44,147 nt of DNA from a virus, in the IMG/VR virus record IMGVR_UViG_3300031507_000015, positions 1 to 44,147 of that record, one strand, 5' to 3'. Of this stretch, positions 26,872 through 34,129 are shown piece by piece. Made by a program: the position numbers and the translations under genes. The notes beneath the pieces are model-generated. The model did no database searches. It saw only the letters and a list, made by a program, of their open reading frames with translations, and was not told the origin of the DNA. The stretch's first letter is position 1, and every line of letters starts with the position of its first letter.

Positions 26872-27601
26872 TTCTTTTCGCCTTTGCCTTGGAACGTGCG
26901 TTAGCAAGCATCTTGGCCTTGACCGACTCGCGCTTGGCTTCGTTCAGCCAGTAGATGACGGTGGATGGATTGAGGCCCATTGCCCGTGCGATTGCCATGC
27001 GGCTAAGCCCGGTACATTTGAGGGCGACGATAGCCTCACGCCGAGCGACCGTGACGATTCCATTACGAGTTGAACCGTGAAAATGGTCGCGCGTAATTTG
27101 GAACTTGGTGCAAACATTGTTGATGATTTGGCTTTTATCATCGGTGCGGTCGTCAGGGGCGGCGAGGCATTTGGCCGGCCTCTGCGCGCTTTCCCCCAAC
27201 AGGATCTTGTCGACGTAGGCGGCATCATAAGCGATCGTCCAATCGTCTCGTGCCAAATCCCTGAACTTCTGGAACCCATGCATGACTGAAGCGTGGTGGA
27301 GGCCGAGAGACTTTCCAATCCGGGTGAATTTCTTTCCGGCGTACCGGGCCAGGAACATAAATACCCAGCGCGGCGCGATCTCTTCGGTCGATCGACCATC
27401 AGGATTGTCCATCTCGTCAAGCGATCTACCGAAGTATTTGGCGACCGCGCATTTGATGTCGAAAATCTCTGCGTCCTCGTCGTTGGAAAGCTTGAACTCA
27501 CCTGATGGAGGGCCGTATTCTGGATGCTGCTTCATCAATCTGCGTAGGAGCATTGCGCTCGCGATCTGGTTCCTCGGATGATGGCGCTTTTGATAGTCCA
27601 T
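26759..27601 (-). CDS. Protein with two DnaA domain-IV-like HTH domains and no AAA+ module
   Basis: 280 aa from ATG 27601, with GAAGG upstream. Copy 1 is APRWVFMFLARYAGKKFTRIGKSLGLHHASVMHGFQKF. Copy 2 is VARREAIVALKCTGLSRMAIARAMGLNPSTVIYW. Confidence 0.7.
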   Translation of the reverse strand: MDYQKRHHPRNQIASAMLLRRLMKQHPEYGPPSGEFKLSNDEDAEIFDIKCAVAKYFGRSLDEMDNPDGRSTEEIAPRWVFMFLARYAGKKFTRIGKSLGLHHASVMHGFQKFRDLARDDWTIAYDAAYVDKILLGESAQRPAKCLAAPDDRTDDKSQIINNVCTKFQITRDHFHGSTRNGIVTVARREAIVALKCTGLSRMAIARAMGLNPSTVIYWLNEAKRESVKAKMLANARSKAKAKRNGHLHNAAQNPTAAKTAPDRVSPVAHGPGAAALHSPR

Positions 27602-27716
27602 CCCGTCGCCTTCTGGTCTCAGCATTGAGCAACTTCCTCCCGTTGATGAAACGTTCAAGTCTTTGGCGGGCTCGTCGAGCCAGCCACCATTTCCACAAAG
27701 CCTTGGTCAACCTCAT
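27498..27716 (-). CDS. Hypothetical Arg-rich ORF
   Basis: 72 aa from ATG 27716. Its 3' half overlaps the DnaA-domain gene. Weak. Confidence 0.25.
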   Translation of the reverse strand: MRLTKALWKWWLARRARQRLERFINGRKLLNAETRRRRDGLSKAPSSEEPDRERNAPTQIDEAASRIRPSIR

Positions 27717-27760
27717 TCAATTGCCCCCGCAGAGCCGCCAGCTTGGCCAGCTCGTTCGTA

Positions 27761-28192
27761 CTAGAAAAACAACGCCCAGATCGCGGCGCCAAGGAAGAAA
27801 GGCAGCGCCACGAGGCCGAGCATGAAAAAGGAAAATGCCGTAGTCGCGAGGTTCTTCAGCGTTTGTGAAGTAGCGATATCGGCAAGAAACTCAGCATGGC
27901 TGAGTACGAAAGGAGGGCCGGCGTCCCGAGCCGGGGCATGAACAGGGGACGCCGGACGCGCGTTCGATTTGAGGATGTTGCGCGCGTTCTGTGCGCAGGC
28001 CGGGCCGGGCCCGCGCATATAGTGATCGTTGGGGTGATAGGAGGTTCCAAAATGGCGTGACATGCGATTCCCCCTGTTCAATTCAAGTTGTGAATAATTT
28101 TCTTGCAACTCGCTGCAATCGATTCCAATGTCATCTTTCCGACACATCCCGGAATGGCCGACATGGGCAAAGTTTTGCAGTTCGCGCGTCAT
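27761..28192 (-). CDS. C-terminally membrane-anchored hypothetical protein
   Basis: 143 aa if ATG 28192 is used (ATGA overlap with the Cro-like stop). The alternative ATG 28063 has AGGGGGA upstream and gives 100 aa. C-terminal TM is FSFFMLGLVALPFFLGAAIWALFF. Confidence 0.5.
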   Translation of the reverse strand: MTRELQNFAHVGHSGMCRKDDIGIDCSELQENYSQLELNRGNRMSRHFGTSYHPNDHYMRGPGPACAQNARNILKSNARPASPVHAPARDAGPPFVLSHAEFLADIATSQTLKNLATTAFSFFMLGLVALPFFLGAAIWALFF

Positions 28193-28416
28193 GCGCGGAC
28201 CTCTGCTAGTTCGGCCAAGGTTTCCAGCGTGAGACCGCGGATACCCCGCTCCGAAGCAAGTCGGGAAAGCTGCAGCAGCCGGCTCGATGAAGCCGGTAAG
28301 CCGCGTTCTCTCCAGCAGCTCACTGTCGATGGATGCAGGTCAAGTGCCGAAGCCACCTTTGCGGTGCCTCCGAGGGCATCGATAACAGCGCCTGCCGTGA
28401 TTTCTGATTTGGCCAT
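28189..28416 (-). CDS. Cro/YdaS-like HTH regulator
   Basis: 75 aa from ATG 28416. VIDALGGTAKVASALDLHPSTVSCWRERG is a Cro/YdaS-type HTH. First gene of the leftward unit. Confidence 0.75.
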   Translation of the reverse strand: MAKSEITAGAVIDALGGTAKVASALDLHPSTVSCWRERGLPASSSRLLQLSRLASERGIRGLTLETLAELAEVRA

Positions 28417-28423
28417 GGAACGA

Positions 28424-28453
28424 AGCATAGTTTGCGCCCCGCAAACTTGTCAA
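28424..28453 (-). promoter_or_regulatory. Leftward early promoter candidate
   Basis: Minus strand reads TTGACA-N18-TATGCT, with operator 1 filling the spacer. The -10 ends 7 nt before ATG 28416. Confidence 0.5.
28430..28446. promoter_or_regulatory. Operator 1: GTTTGC-N5-GCAAAC
   Basis: Perfect 6+6 inverted repeat read directly. Confidence 0.7.
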
Positions 28454-28455
28454 GG

Positions 28456-28472
28456 GTTTGCAACTGGCAAAA
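28456..28472. promoter_or_regulatory. Operator 2: GTTTGC-N5-GCAAAA
   Basis: 11 of 12 palindromic positions. Centre lies 26 bp from operator 1. Confidence 0.65.
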
Positions 28473-28655
28473 CGACATTTTCAGCGAGAAATGCTGAAAT
28501 CGCCTCTATGATTGATCCACCTGACGTTATCGGCCGGCGCCTTGACTGGCTGTTTTTCGGCGATCTGCAGCAATCCGCCATCCAGACCATGGCGAAGATC
28601 GGACGCGGTACTGAGATGCCGCACCCGAAGCCGCGCAAGGTGGCTGGAAAATAAA

Positions 28656-28672
28656 GTTTGCAATGGGCAAAC
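28656..28672. promoter_or_regulatory. Operator 3: GTTTGC-N5-GCAAAC
   Basis: Perfect 6+6 inverted repeat. Confidence 0.7.
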
Positions 28673-28679
28673 AATTCTC

Positions 28680-28709
28680 TTGACTAGTTTGCATGACGCA
28701 AATTAGAGT
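28680..28709 (+). promoter_or_regulatory. Rightward early promoter candidate
   Basis: TTGACT-N18-TAGAGT with operator 4 filling the spacer. Mirror image of the leftward promoter. Confidence 0.5.
28687..28703. promoter_or_regulatory. Operator 4: GTTTGC-N5-GCAAAT
   Basis: 11 of 12 palindromic positions. Centre lies 31 bp from operator 3. Confidence 0.65.
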
Positions 28710-28713
28710 GCTC

Positions 28714-28731
28714 CCATCAGATCGCTGATGG
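28714..28731 (+). promoter_or_regulatory. 5' leader hairpin overlapping the Shine-Dalgarno of the first rightward gene
   Basis: CCATCAG-atcg-CTGATGG (7-bp stem). The 3' arm runs into GGAGAG, which lies 6 nt before ATG 28741. Confidence 0.3.
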
Positions 28732-28740
28732 AGAGCCGCC

Positions 28741-28929
28741 ATGGCCAGAGCCGCAAAAAAACCCGAAGCCCGATCTCCCTACCAGAAGTACGGAAAGACA
28801 CCTTACGTCTACAGTGACCTCTATCGTCGCTGGAAAACCGCTATCAAAGCCGGTCGTAAGGATGAGGCAGAAGCGCTCTCTATTGAACACATGCGGCGCA
28901 TTGCCATCGACTCGTTGGATGCTGCGTGA
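28741..28929 (+). CDS. Hypothetical early protein
   Basis: 62 aa. First ORF after the rightward promoter, with a GGAGAG RBS. Confidence 0.6.
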   Translation: MARAAKKPEARSPYQKYGKTPYVYSDLYRRWKTAIKAGRKDEAEALSIEHMRRIAIDSLDAA

Positions 28930-29177
28930 TGGAAAACCTCCGCACCCACCACTTCGACAACGGCGACGTGATCACCGGCCTCTGCCCGAACGGCGAGTTC
29001 GGAGCCCACCTCGAGCGCGAGGACGGCCGGGTGCGCGGCTATGGCCATACAAGATTCGCAGCAATCGCCGATCTCGTCGAATCCATCGGGCATGAAGAGC
29101 CGGAGGATTTCGACAGGCAGGCTGCGGCGTTCGATCATGCGCATGATCTGCGGAAAAATTGGGAGTGCGAACAATGA
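28929..29177 (+). CDS. Hypothetical early protein
   Basis: 82 aa. ATG shares a base with the upstream TGA. GTG 28926 is an alternative start. Confidence 0.55.
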   Translation: MENLRTHHFDNGDVITGLCPNGEFGAHLEREDGRVRGYGHTRFAAIADLVESIGHEEPEDFDRQAAAFDHAHDLRKNWECEQ

Positions 29178-29512
29178 GCGAGCGAACGCCGTCGCCGTGG
29201 GAAGCTCAGAACCCTTTGGCAGATGAAAGCGGAGTAGGCATTGTTGGTTTGCCTCTCAATGGACTTGTCGCCCTCGCAACTATGCATCCAACAGAGATGG
29301 ATAGAGACGACCGGTCACGCGCCATCGCCAACGCCACGTTCATCGTCGATGCCTGCAATAACCACGATCGCCTCACCCGCGAGAACGAGGCGATGCGCAC
29401 GGTGTTGGAGAATATCAGCAACACATTCGACGAAAGCTACAGGTCGGGATGTCTGGAGCGTCAAATAGGTGACAAAACCCGAGCTGTAATCTCATCTCTC
29501 AAGGAGGCTTGA
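29174..29512 (+). CDS. Hypothetical early protein (widespread prophage family)
   Basis: 112 aa. ATGA overlap. The TPSPWE...ANATFIVDACNNHDRL pattern is common in prophage early regions. Confidence 0.55.
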   Translation: MSERTPSPWEAQNPLADESGVGIVGLPLNGLVALATMHPTEMDRDDRSRAIANATFIVDACNNHDRLTRENEAMRTVLENISNTFDESYRSGCLERQIGDKTRAVISSLKEA

Positions 29513-29779
29513 ATGTTCAGGGTTGGGCAGAAGGTCGTGTGTGTGGATGCGACCTGCTACGAACACTTTCTTCGGAAGGATGCGATCTACACGGTTAGGA
29601 GCATCGCTTGTCAATTCGACGATATATGGATCAGGCTTTGTGAAGTACTTCCGACGGAAGAGATGGGAGGATTCAGTAAACGCCGCTTCCGCCCCATCGT
29701 CGAGCGCAAGACCGATATCTCGATTTTCAAGTCGATGCTGACGTCGGCAGGGAAAAAGGAGCGGGTCAATGCGCGCTGA
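29513..29779 (+). CDS. Hypothetical early protein
   Basis: 88 aa. AAGGAGG upstream of the ATG. Confidence 0.6.
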   Translation: MFRVGQKVVCVDATCYEHFLRKDAIYTVRSIACQFDDIWIRLCEVLPTEEMGGFSKRRFRPIVERKTDISIFKSMLTSAGKKERVNAR

Positions 29780-29924
29780 TAGCCAAACCCGCGCCAACGA
29801 TCTCTTGGCAATCTGGCAGCAGCAGCGCGCGGCCGGCATTCCACCGGAGCAGCGCTGGCTACCGGACGACGAGTTCGAGCGGGATCTTGAGGTTATCCGG
29901 CAATGCCTGGAGCGGAAGATATGA
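29769..29924 (+). CDS. 51-aa protein (not in the ORF track)
   Basis: MRADSQTRANDLLAIWQQQRAAGIPPEQRWLPDDEFERDLEVIRQCLERKI. Its stop forms an ATGA overlap with the Gp157-like start. Confidence 0.45.
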   Translation: MRADSQTRANDLLAIWQQQRAAGIPPEQRWLPDDEFERDLEVIRQCLERKI

Positions 29925-30502
29925 CAGACGACCTGCATAGGGCCATCGAGGCTGCAAAGAGCTTGCGCCTCGATATTGCGCGCCTCGTGCAAGGTGACGA
30001 GCAGGCGCTTGCGGATACATTCGACGGCGAGACGACGCTTGACGCGGAAATCCGCGCTGCGGTGCTCCTAATCGAGGAGGACGAGATTTTCGTCACCGGT
30101 ATCAAGGCGCGGGAAACCGAGCTGAAGAACCGGCGCCTGCGGTTCGAGAAGCGGATCGAGGCAACGCGCGGCCTGATTGAGCAGGCAATGATACTGGCAC
30201 AATGGCCAAACCTGGAGATGGACATCGGAACCGTGTCACTGGGCAAAGCCGCGCCGCGTCTGGAGATCGACGATGAGAGCACAATCCCGACCCAGTTTTG
30301 GAAGCGCAACGACCCGACGCTCGACAAGGCTGGACTAACCAAGGCTATGCGCGAGCGGCAGAAGGCTCTGGAGGGAGTTGCGAGGATCAAAAAGATCGAG
30401 GATCGCGTACTCGCCGAGGCTGTGATTGATGACGAAATGCCGGTAATCCCCGGCGTCCACATGGAAACCAGCGGCGTTTCGCTGACCATTCGGAGGGCCT
30501 AA
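29921..30502 (+). CDS. Siphovirus-Gp157-like protein (recombination-module partner)
   Basis: 193 aa from ATG 29921. Coiled-coil N-half and a C-half with IDDESTIPTQFW. Immediately upstream of recT, as is usual for this family. Confidence 0.5.
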   Translation: MTDDLHRAIEAAKSLRLDIARLVQGDEQALADTFDGETTLDAEIRAAVLLIEEDEIFVTGIKARETELKNRRLRFEKRIEATRGLIEQAMILAQWPNLEMDIGTVSLGKAAPRLEIDDESTIPTQFWKRNDPTLDKAGLTKAMRERQKALEGVARIKKIEDRVLAEAVIDDEMPVIPGVHMETSGVSLTIRRA

Positions 30503-30503
30503 T

Positions 30504-31445
30504 ATGAACCAAATTGCACGCATTCAGCCGGCAGGCATCGCCTCGTGGACCTCGCGCCAGTTGGACACCATCAAGCGTACCGTCGCACGGGATACGAATG
30601 ACGACGAGTTCAATCTGTTCATCGAATATGCGCGGTCGAAGCAGCTCGATCCGTTCTCGAAACAGATCATCGCTGTCGTCTATTCGAAGGACAACGCTGA
30701 AAAGCGAAAAATGACGATCATTGTGACGCAGGACGGCCAGCGCGTCTTGGCCTCCCGCTGCCGCGATTATCGCCCAGCCGAAACCGAGCCAGAGTTCATT
30801 ATTCAGGCCGGCCTGAAATGCCCAACGAATCCGCTCGGCCTTGAAAAGGTAACGATCACGCTGTGGAAGCAGGACAGCGGCGCGGTGTGGCACCCGGTCA
30901 AGGGCTGGGCCTATTGGGACGAATACGCGCCGGTCAAGGAAGAATGGGCATACAGCCAGGAAGAGAACAAGCGCAAGCCGACCGGGAAACTGACGCTCGA
31001 TGCCTCTGGAAATTGGGCCAAGATGCCCCGCGTGATGCTGGCGAAGTGCGCCAATATGGTCGCGCTGCGCGCCGGATGGCCCGAAACATTCTCCGGACTT
31101 TACGTCGAGGAAGAGATGGAACGCACTGTCGTTCAGGACAGGACCGCCTCTGAACTGGTCGAGATGGAGCGCGAAGATCGCCGTATGAAGTCCATCTCCA
31201 TGTCGGACGACGAATACCCCTTCGTCGACCATGAAGGGACAATGACGTTCATCCCAGCCGGCCGCTACGGCGATCGCGTCATCATGACTGCCAGGAACTG
31301 CACCGAGTTGGCCGAACTCGACAGCATGAAGGTCCGCAACCGGGAGGGCCTGCAGCGCTTCTGGGCTCGTCACAAGGATGATGCGCTGTCTGTGAATGCG
31401 GAGATGGAGAAGCTTCGCGCAGCGCTCACAAAGGCCGCGTCATGA
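30504..31445 (+). CDS. recT: RecT/Bet-family single-strand annealing protein
   Basis: 313 aa. N-terminal region LDTIKRTVARDTNDDEFNLFIEYARSKQLDPFSKQIIAV is typical of RecT. Confidence 0.8.
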   Translation: MNQIARIQPAGIASWTSRQLDTIKRTVARDTNDDEFNLFIEYARSKQLDPFSKQIIAVVYSKDNAEKRKMTIIVTQDGQRVLASRCRDYRPAETEPEFIIQAGLKCPTNPLGLEKVTITLWKQDSGAVWHPVKGWAYWDEYAPVKEEWAYSQEENKRKPTGKLTLDASGNWAKMPRVMLAKCANMVALRAGWPETFSGLYVEEEMERTVVQDRTASELVEMEREDRRMKSISMSDDEYPFVDHEGTMTFIPAGRYGDRVIMTARNCTELAELDSMKVRNREGLQRFWARHKDDALSVNAEMEKLRAALTKAAS

Positions 31446-31951
31446 ATAAACCATTGGCCATCCGCGCAACCTATTCCGACTGGCGCCTGATCAAAACACG
31501 CGGCGTCGTTCAGGTCGTGATGGAAGTGCCATTGGCTGATGCTGACGCAGCCTATGATGTTCTCGGTGGAATGCCAAATCCAGCGAATGAGCGCTGGTTC
31601 GGGATTGCTCCGATAAAGGAGGTGATGCCAAATACCTCATCCAAACCCGCAGTTGATGCACGGCCCGAGCCGAAACAGGACAAACCGGCTCGGGCCAAGC
31701 GCGAGTGGCGGGATCTTCCGCCGGATATGCAAGCAGGAATCAGATGCAATGATCCGGCGTTCTCCGCCTTTCTGTGCGAAGAACATCCCGATGATTGGCA
31801 TGAGAGCATGGGAAGCGTTGACGAATGCGTCCGGCTGATCTGTGGCGTAACTTCCCGCGCCGAGCTTGTAACACACCACAGAGCCCGTGTGCTCTGGCAC
31901 CAACTTGACGAACAGTTCTTGACACAAAAGGCTTTGGAGCGCGCATCATGA
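31442..31951 (+). CDS. Hypothetical protein downstream of recT
   Basis: 169 aa. ATGA overlaps at both ends. Confidence 0.6.
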   Translation: MNKPLAIRATYSDWRLIKTRGVVQVVMEVPLADADAAYDVLGGMPNPANERWFGIAPIKEVMPNTSSKPAVDARPEPKQDKPARAKREWRDLPPDMQAGIRCNDPAFSAFLCEEHPDDWHESMGSVDECVRLICGVTSRAELVTHHRARVLWHQLDEQFLTQKALERAS

Positions 31952-32508
31952 ACATACGCGGCGAAAAGCGAACCGAGTTTCCACAATCAATTCGCAAGGC
32001 GGCGTTGCCACCCGCCAGCATTGTCAGAGGTCGTTTGAGCTATTGCCCATCGACTGGTGTCTTCACCTGGAGAACAAGCGAAGGTCCGAATTCTGCAATC
32101 GGAATGACTGCTGGATTTTCAAGTCGGAAAGGCTATCGAAAAATAAAACTGCACGGTGGATGCTTCGCGGCCCATCGGTTGGCGTGGATTTATATGACAG
32201 GGGATGATCCAGGATCGCGCTATGTCGACCACTGGAACGGTAAGACTGACGACAATAGATGGTCGAACCTGCGCCTTGCGTCACATGGTCAAAACAAGGC
32301 CAATTCCAGACTACATAGAAATAACACTACTGGCCTAAAGGGTGTTTCTCCGGTCACCGGCTCTCCACGATGGCAGGCAAGGATACGCAAAGATCGAAAA
32401 CTGATCTATCTGGGCGTCTATGCCACAAAGGAAGAGGCTCACGCGGCATATAAGAAAGCGGCAAAGGAACACTTCGGAGAATTTGCAAACGGAGGATATG
32501 GCCAATGA
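31948..32508 (+). CDS. HNH homing endonuclease with AP2 DNA-binding domain
   Basis: 186 aa. HNH_3-type AHRLAWIYMTGDDPGSRYVDHWNGKTDDNRWSNLRLAS. AP2-type GLKGVS...WQARIRKDRKLIYLGVYATKEEAHAAYKKAAKEHFGEFA. Confidence 0.8.
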   Translation: MNIRGEKRTEFPQSIRKAALPPASIVRGRLSYCPSTGVFTWRTSEGPNSAIGMTAGFSSRKGYRKIKLHGGCFAAHRLAWIYMTGDDPGSRYVDHWNGKTDDNRWSNLRLASHGQNKANSRLHRNNTTGLKGVSPVTGSPRWQARIRKDRKLIYLGVYATKEEAHAAYKKAAKEHFGEFANGGYGQ

Positions 32509-32888
32509 GCCTCGGTTTAAAAAGACGGGAGTTCCCACAAAGCATAAAGAAAGCTGCTTTCGCGCGTGCATGCCAGCCAACTGGTATACCTCGTTGCGAG
32601 GCCCCAGGCTGCGGCAAGGTGATCCGCGCCGGCCATCTGATATTCGAGCATGTGCAGCCAGACGGGCTCGGCGGTGAACCTACGATCGACAACTGCAAAT
32701 GCTATTGCGATGTCTGCGCGACGAAGAAGACATTCGAGGAAGACAACCCGAGAATGGCAAAGGCCGACCGGGTGCTTAAGGCAACGTTCGGGATGAAGCG
32801 CAAGGGTCGGCCAATGCCGGGATCGAAGGCAAGCGGATTCAAGCGGAAAATGTCTGGCGTAGTCGTCAGGCGTGGGTTTTCACGGTGA
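32505..32888 (+). CDS. HNH endonuclease (small, Zn-finger type)
   Basis: 127 aa. CEAPGCGK...FEHVQPDGLGGEPTIDNCKCYCDVCATKKT. Confidence 0.7.
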   Translation: MSLGLKRREFPQSIKKAAFARACQPTGIPRCEAPGCGKVIRAGHLIFEHVQPDGLGGEPTIDNCKCYCDVCATKKTFEEDNPRMAKADRVLKATFGMKRKGRPMPGSKASGFKRKMSGVVVRRGFSR

Positions 32889-32957
32889 TTGGGAACAACT
32901 AAAAATGTGTGAGCACTTACACACTTACATGTGTGCCCCGATAGAGAGAGACAAGCC

Positions 32958-33485
32958 ATGAGCCGGGAAGAGATCGCGCTGAAGCCGTGCCCGTTCTGTG
33001 GAAATCCGGGTGCAATATGTGTGCTCGAGGACGAGCCTGGATCTCCGGCAAGTTTCTGGGTCAACTGCTCTTGCGGCGTCGAGACGCCTGAGCGTCGCAC
33101 CGAGGATGAGGCAATCGCGCTTTGGAATACCCGCGTCATCCCCGCTCAGGGTGAGCCGGTCACACCTCCAACTATAGCGTTGGTTCTCAGTGATGATGGT
33201 CGTCGCTGGCGGCCCCTTCAGAGTTCACCCGCGCCCTATCCAGGCTCTCTCAACTCCGGAGAGAGTGATCTGCATGTCACTGCAGATTCTGGCGCGGGTG
33301 AAGCCATCTTCGCCGAATGCGCCGAGATCGCGCTGGAGCATGTGGGCGCCGTGAAAGATGAAGACGACTATTCCTATGGCGCAGGATACGACGCCGCCTG
33401 CAGTGACATCGCCAACACCATCAAGACGCGGGCCTCGAACCGCAAGACGATGGACGCGATCGCCACACAGGGAGAGCAAAAATGA
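32958..33485 (+). CDS. Lar-family (restriction-alleviation-like) N-domain protein with a 110-aa C-extension
   Basis: 175 aa from ATG 32958. LKPCPFCGNPGA...VNCSCGVETPERRTEDEAIALWNTRV matches the Lar-like zinc-ribbon pattern. Confidence 0.6.
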   Translation: MSREEIALKPCPFCGNPGAICVLEDEPGSPASFWVNCSCGVETPERRTEDEAIALWNTRVIPAQGEPVTPPTIALVLSDDGRRWRPLQSSPAPYPGSLNSGESDLHVTADSGAGEAIFAECAEIALEHVGAVKDEDDYSYGAGYDAACSDIANTIKTRASNRKTMDAIATQGEQK

Positions 33486-33667
33486 CGCCGGCCGGTGAAG
33501 CTTTTGTAAAGCGGATGAAGATCGTGGCCAAGATGGCCAACGCTGGAACGCCGATCTTTGCTTCAATGGCTGCTGGTCTCGAAGATGAAGATTGGACGTT
33601 GATCTATGTAGCTGCCTGCTCGATGGCGCACGACATCGAGAATCAACATGCTTTATTGAAGCCTTAA
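33482..33667 (+). CDS. Hypothetical protein
   Basis: 61 aa. ATGA overlap. Confidence 0.5.
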   Translation: MTPAGEAFVKRMKIVAKMANAGTPIFASMAAGLEDEDWTLIYVAACSMAHDIENQHALLKP

Positions 33668-33677
33668 GGCACATCAC

Positions 33678-33866
33678 ATGGTCGCAGATTACTTCAGACT
33701 TCGTGGCCGATCACCGAACATAGATGAGATTGATCGTGGCGCGGAAGCGCTGCGCGATCTGATGCAAGGTGGCAAGAAGCTGACGGATTGGGAAAAACTC
33801 CCACCGTCGCGCAAGAAAAAATGGATTGCGTGCGCCACCGTCGTGCTCAATGCAGCATTGCGCTAA
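33678..33866 (+). CDS. Hypothetical protein
   Basis: 62 aa. Confidence 0.5.
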   Translation: MVADYFRLRGRSPNIDEIDRGAEALRDLMQGGKKLTDWEKLPPSRKKKWIACATVVLNAALR

Positions 33867-33896
33867 CCATATTGCCAAGCGTGCGAAGAGGAAAAC

Positions 33897-34094
33897 ATGA
33901 AAACTATCGAACTCGACATCCCTGCTGACGCAAAGACCCGCGCCCGACGCAGCGTCATCCTCGCCATCTTAGGCGAGCTTGTCGCCCATGGACTAAATAT
34001 CGGTCAGGCCGCGGACTCCATTGAGCACCTGATAAAGGCAGAGACCGATGAGATTCTTTCGCGCTGCCATTTGTCAAACAAGGCAGAAGCATAA
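33897..34094 (+). CDS. Hypothetical protein
   Basis: 65 aa. GAGGAA upstream. Confidence 0.55.
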   Translation: MKTIELDIPADAKTRARRSVILAILGELVAHGLNIGQAADSIEHLIKAETDEILSRCHLSNKAEA

Positions 34095-34129
34095 ACCGCA
34101 TTAACTTCTGGTTACCGAAAGGACGAGTG

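Noticed and set aside
28103-28654. 183-aa plus-strand ORF
   Set aside because: Most of it is antisense to the Cro-like gene and runs through both leftward operators. Only its last 48 codons (28508-28654) are kept, as an open question.
30387-31373. 328-aa minus-strand ORF (and 29893..30489, 29492..29992)
   Set aside because: They are antisense to the recT, Gp157-like and upstream early genes. The composition is Ser/Arg/Ala-rich junk, with no RBS or operon logic.
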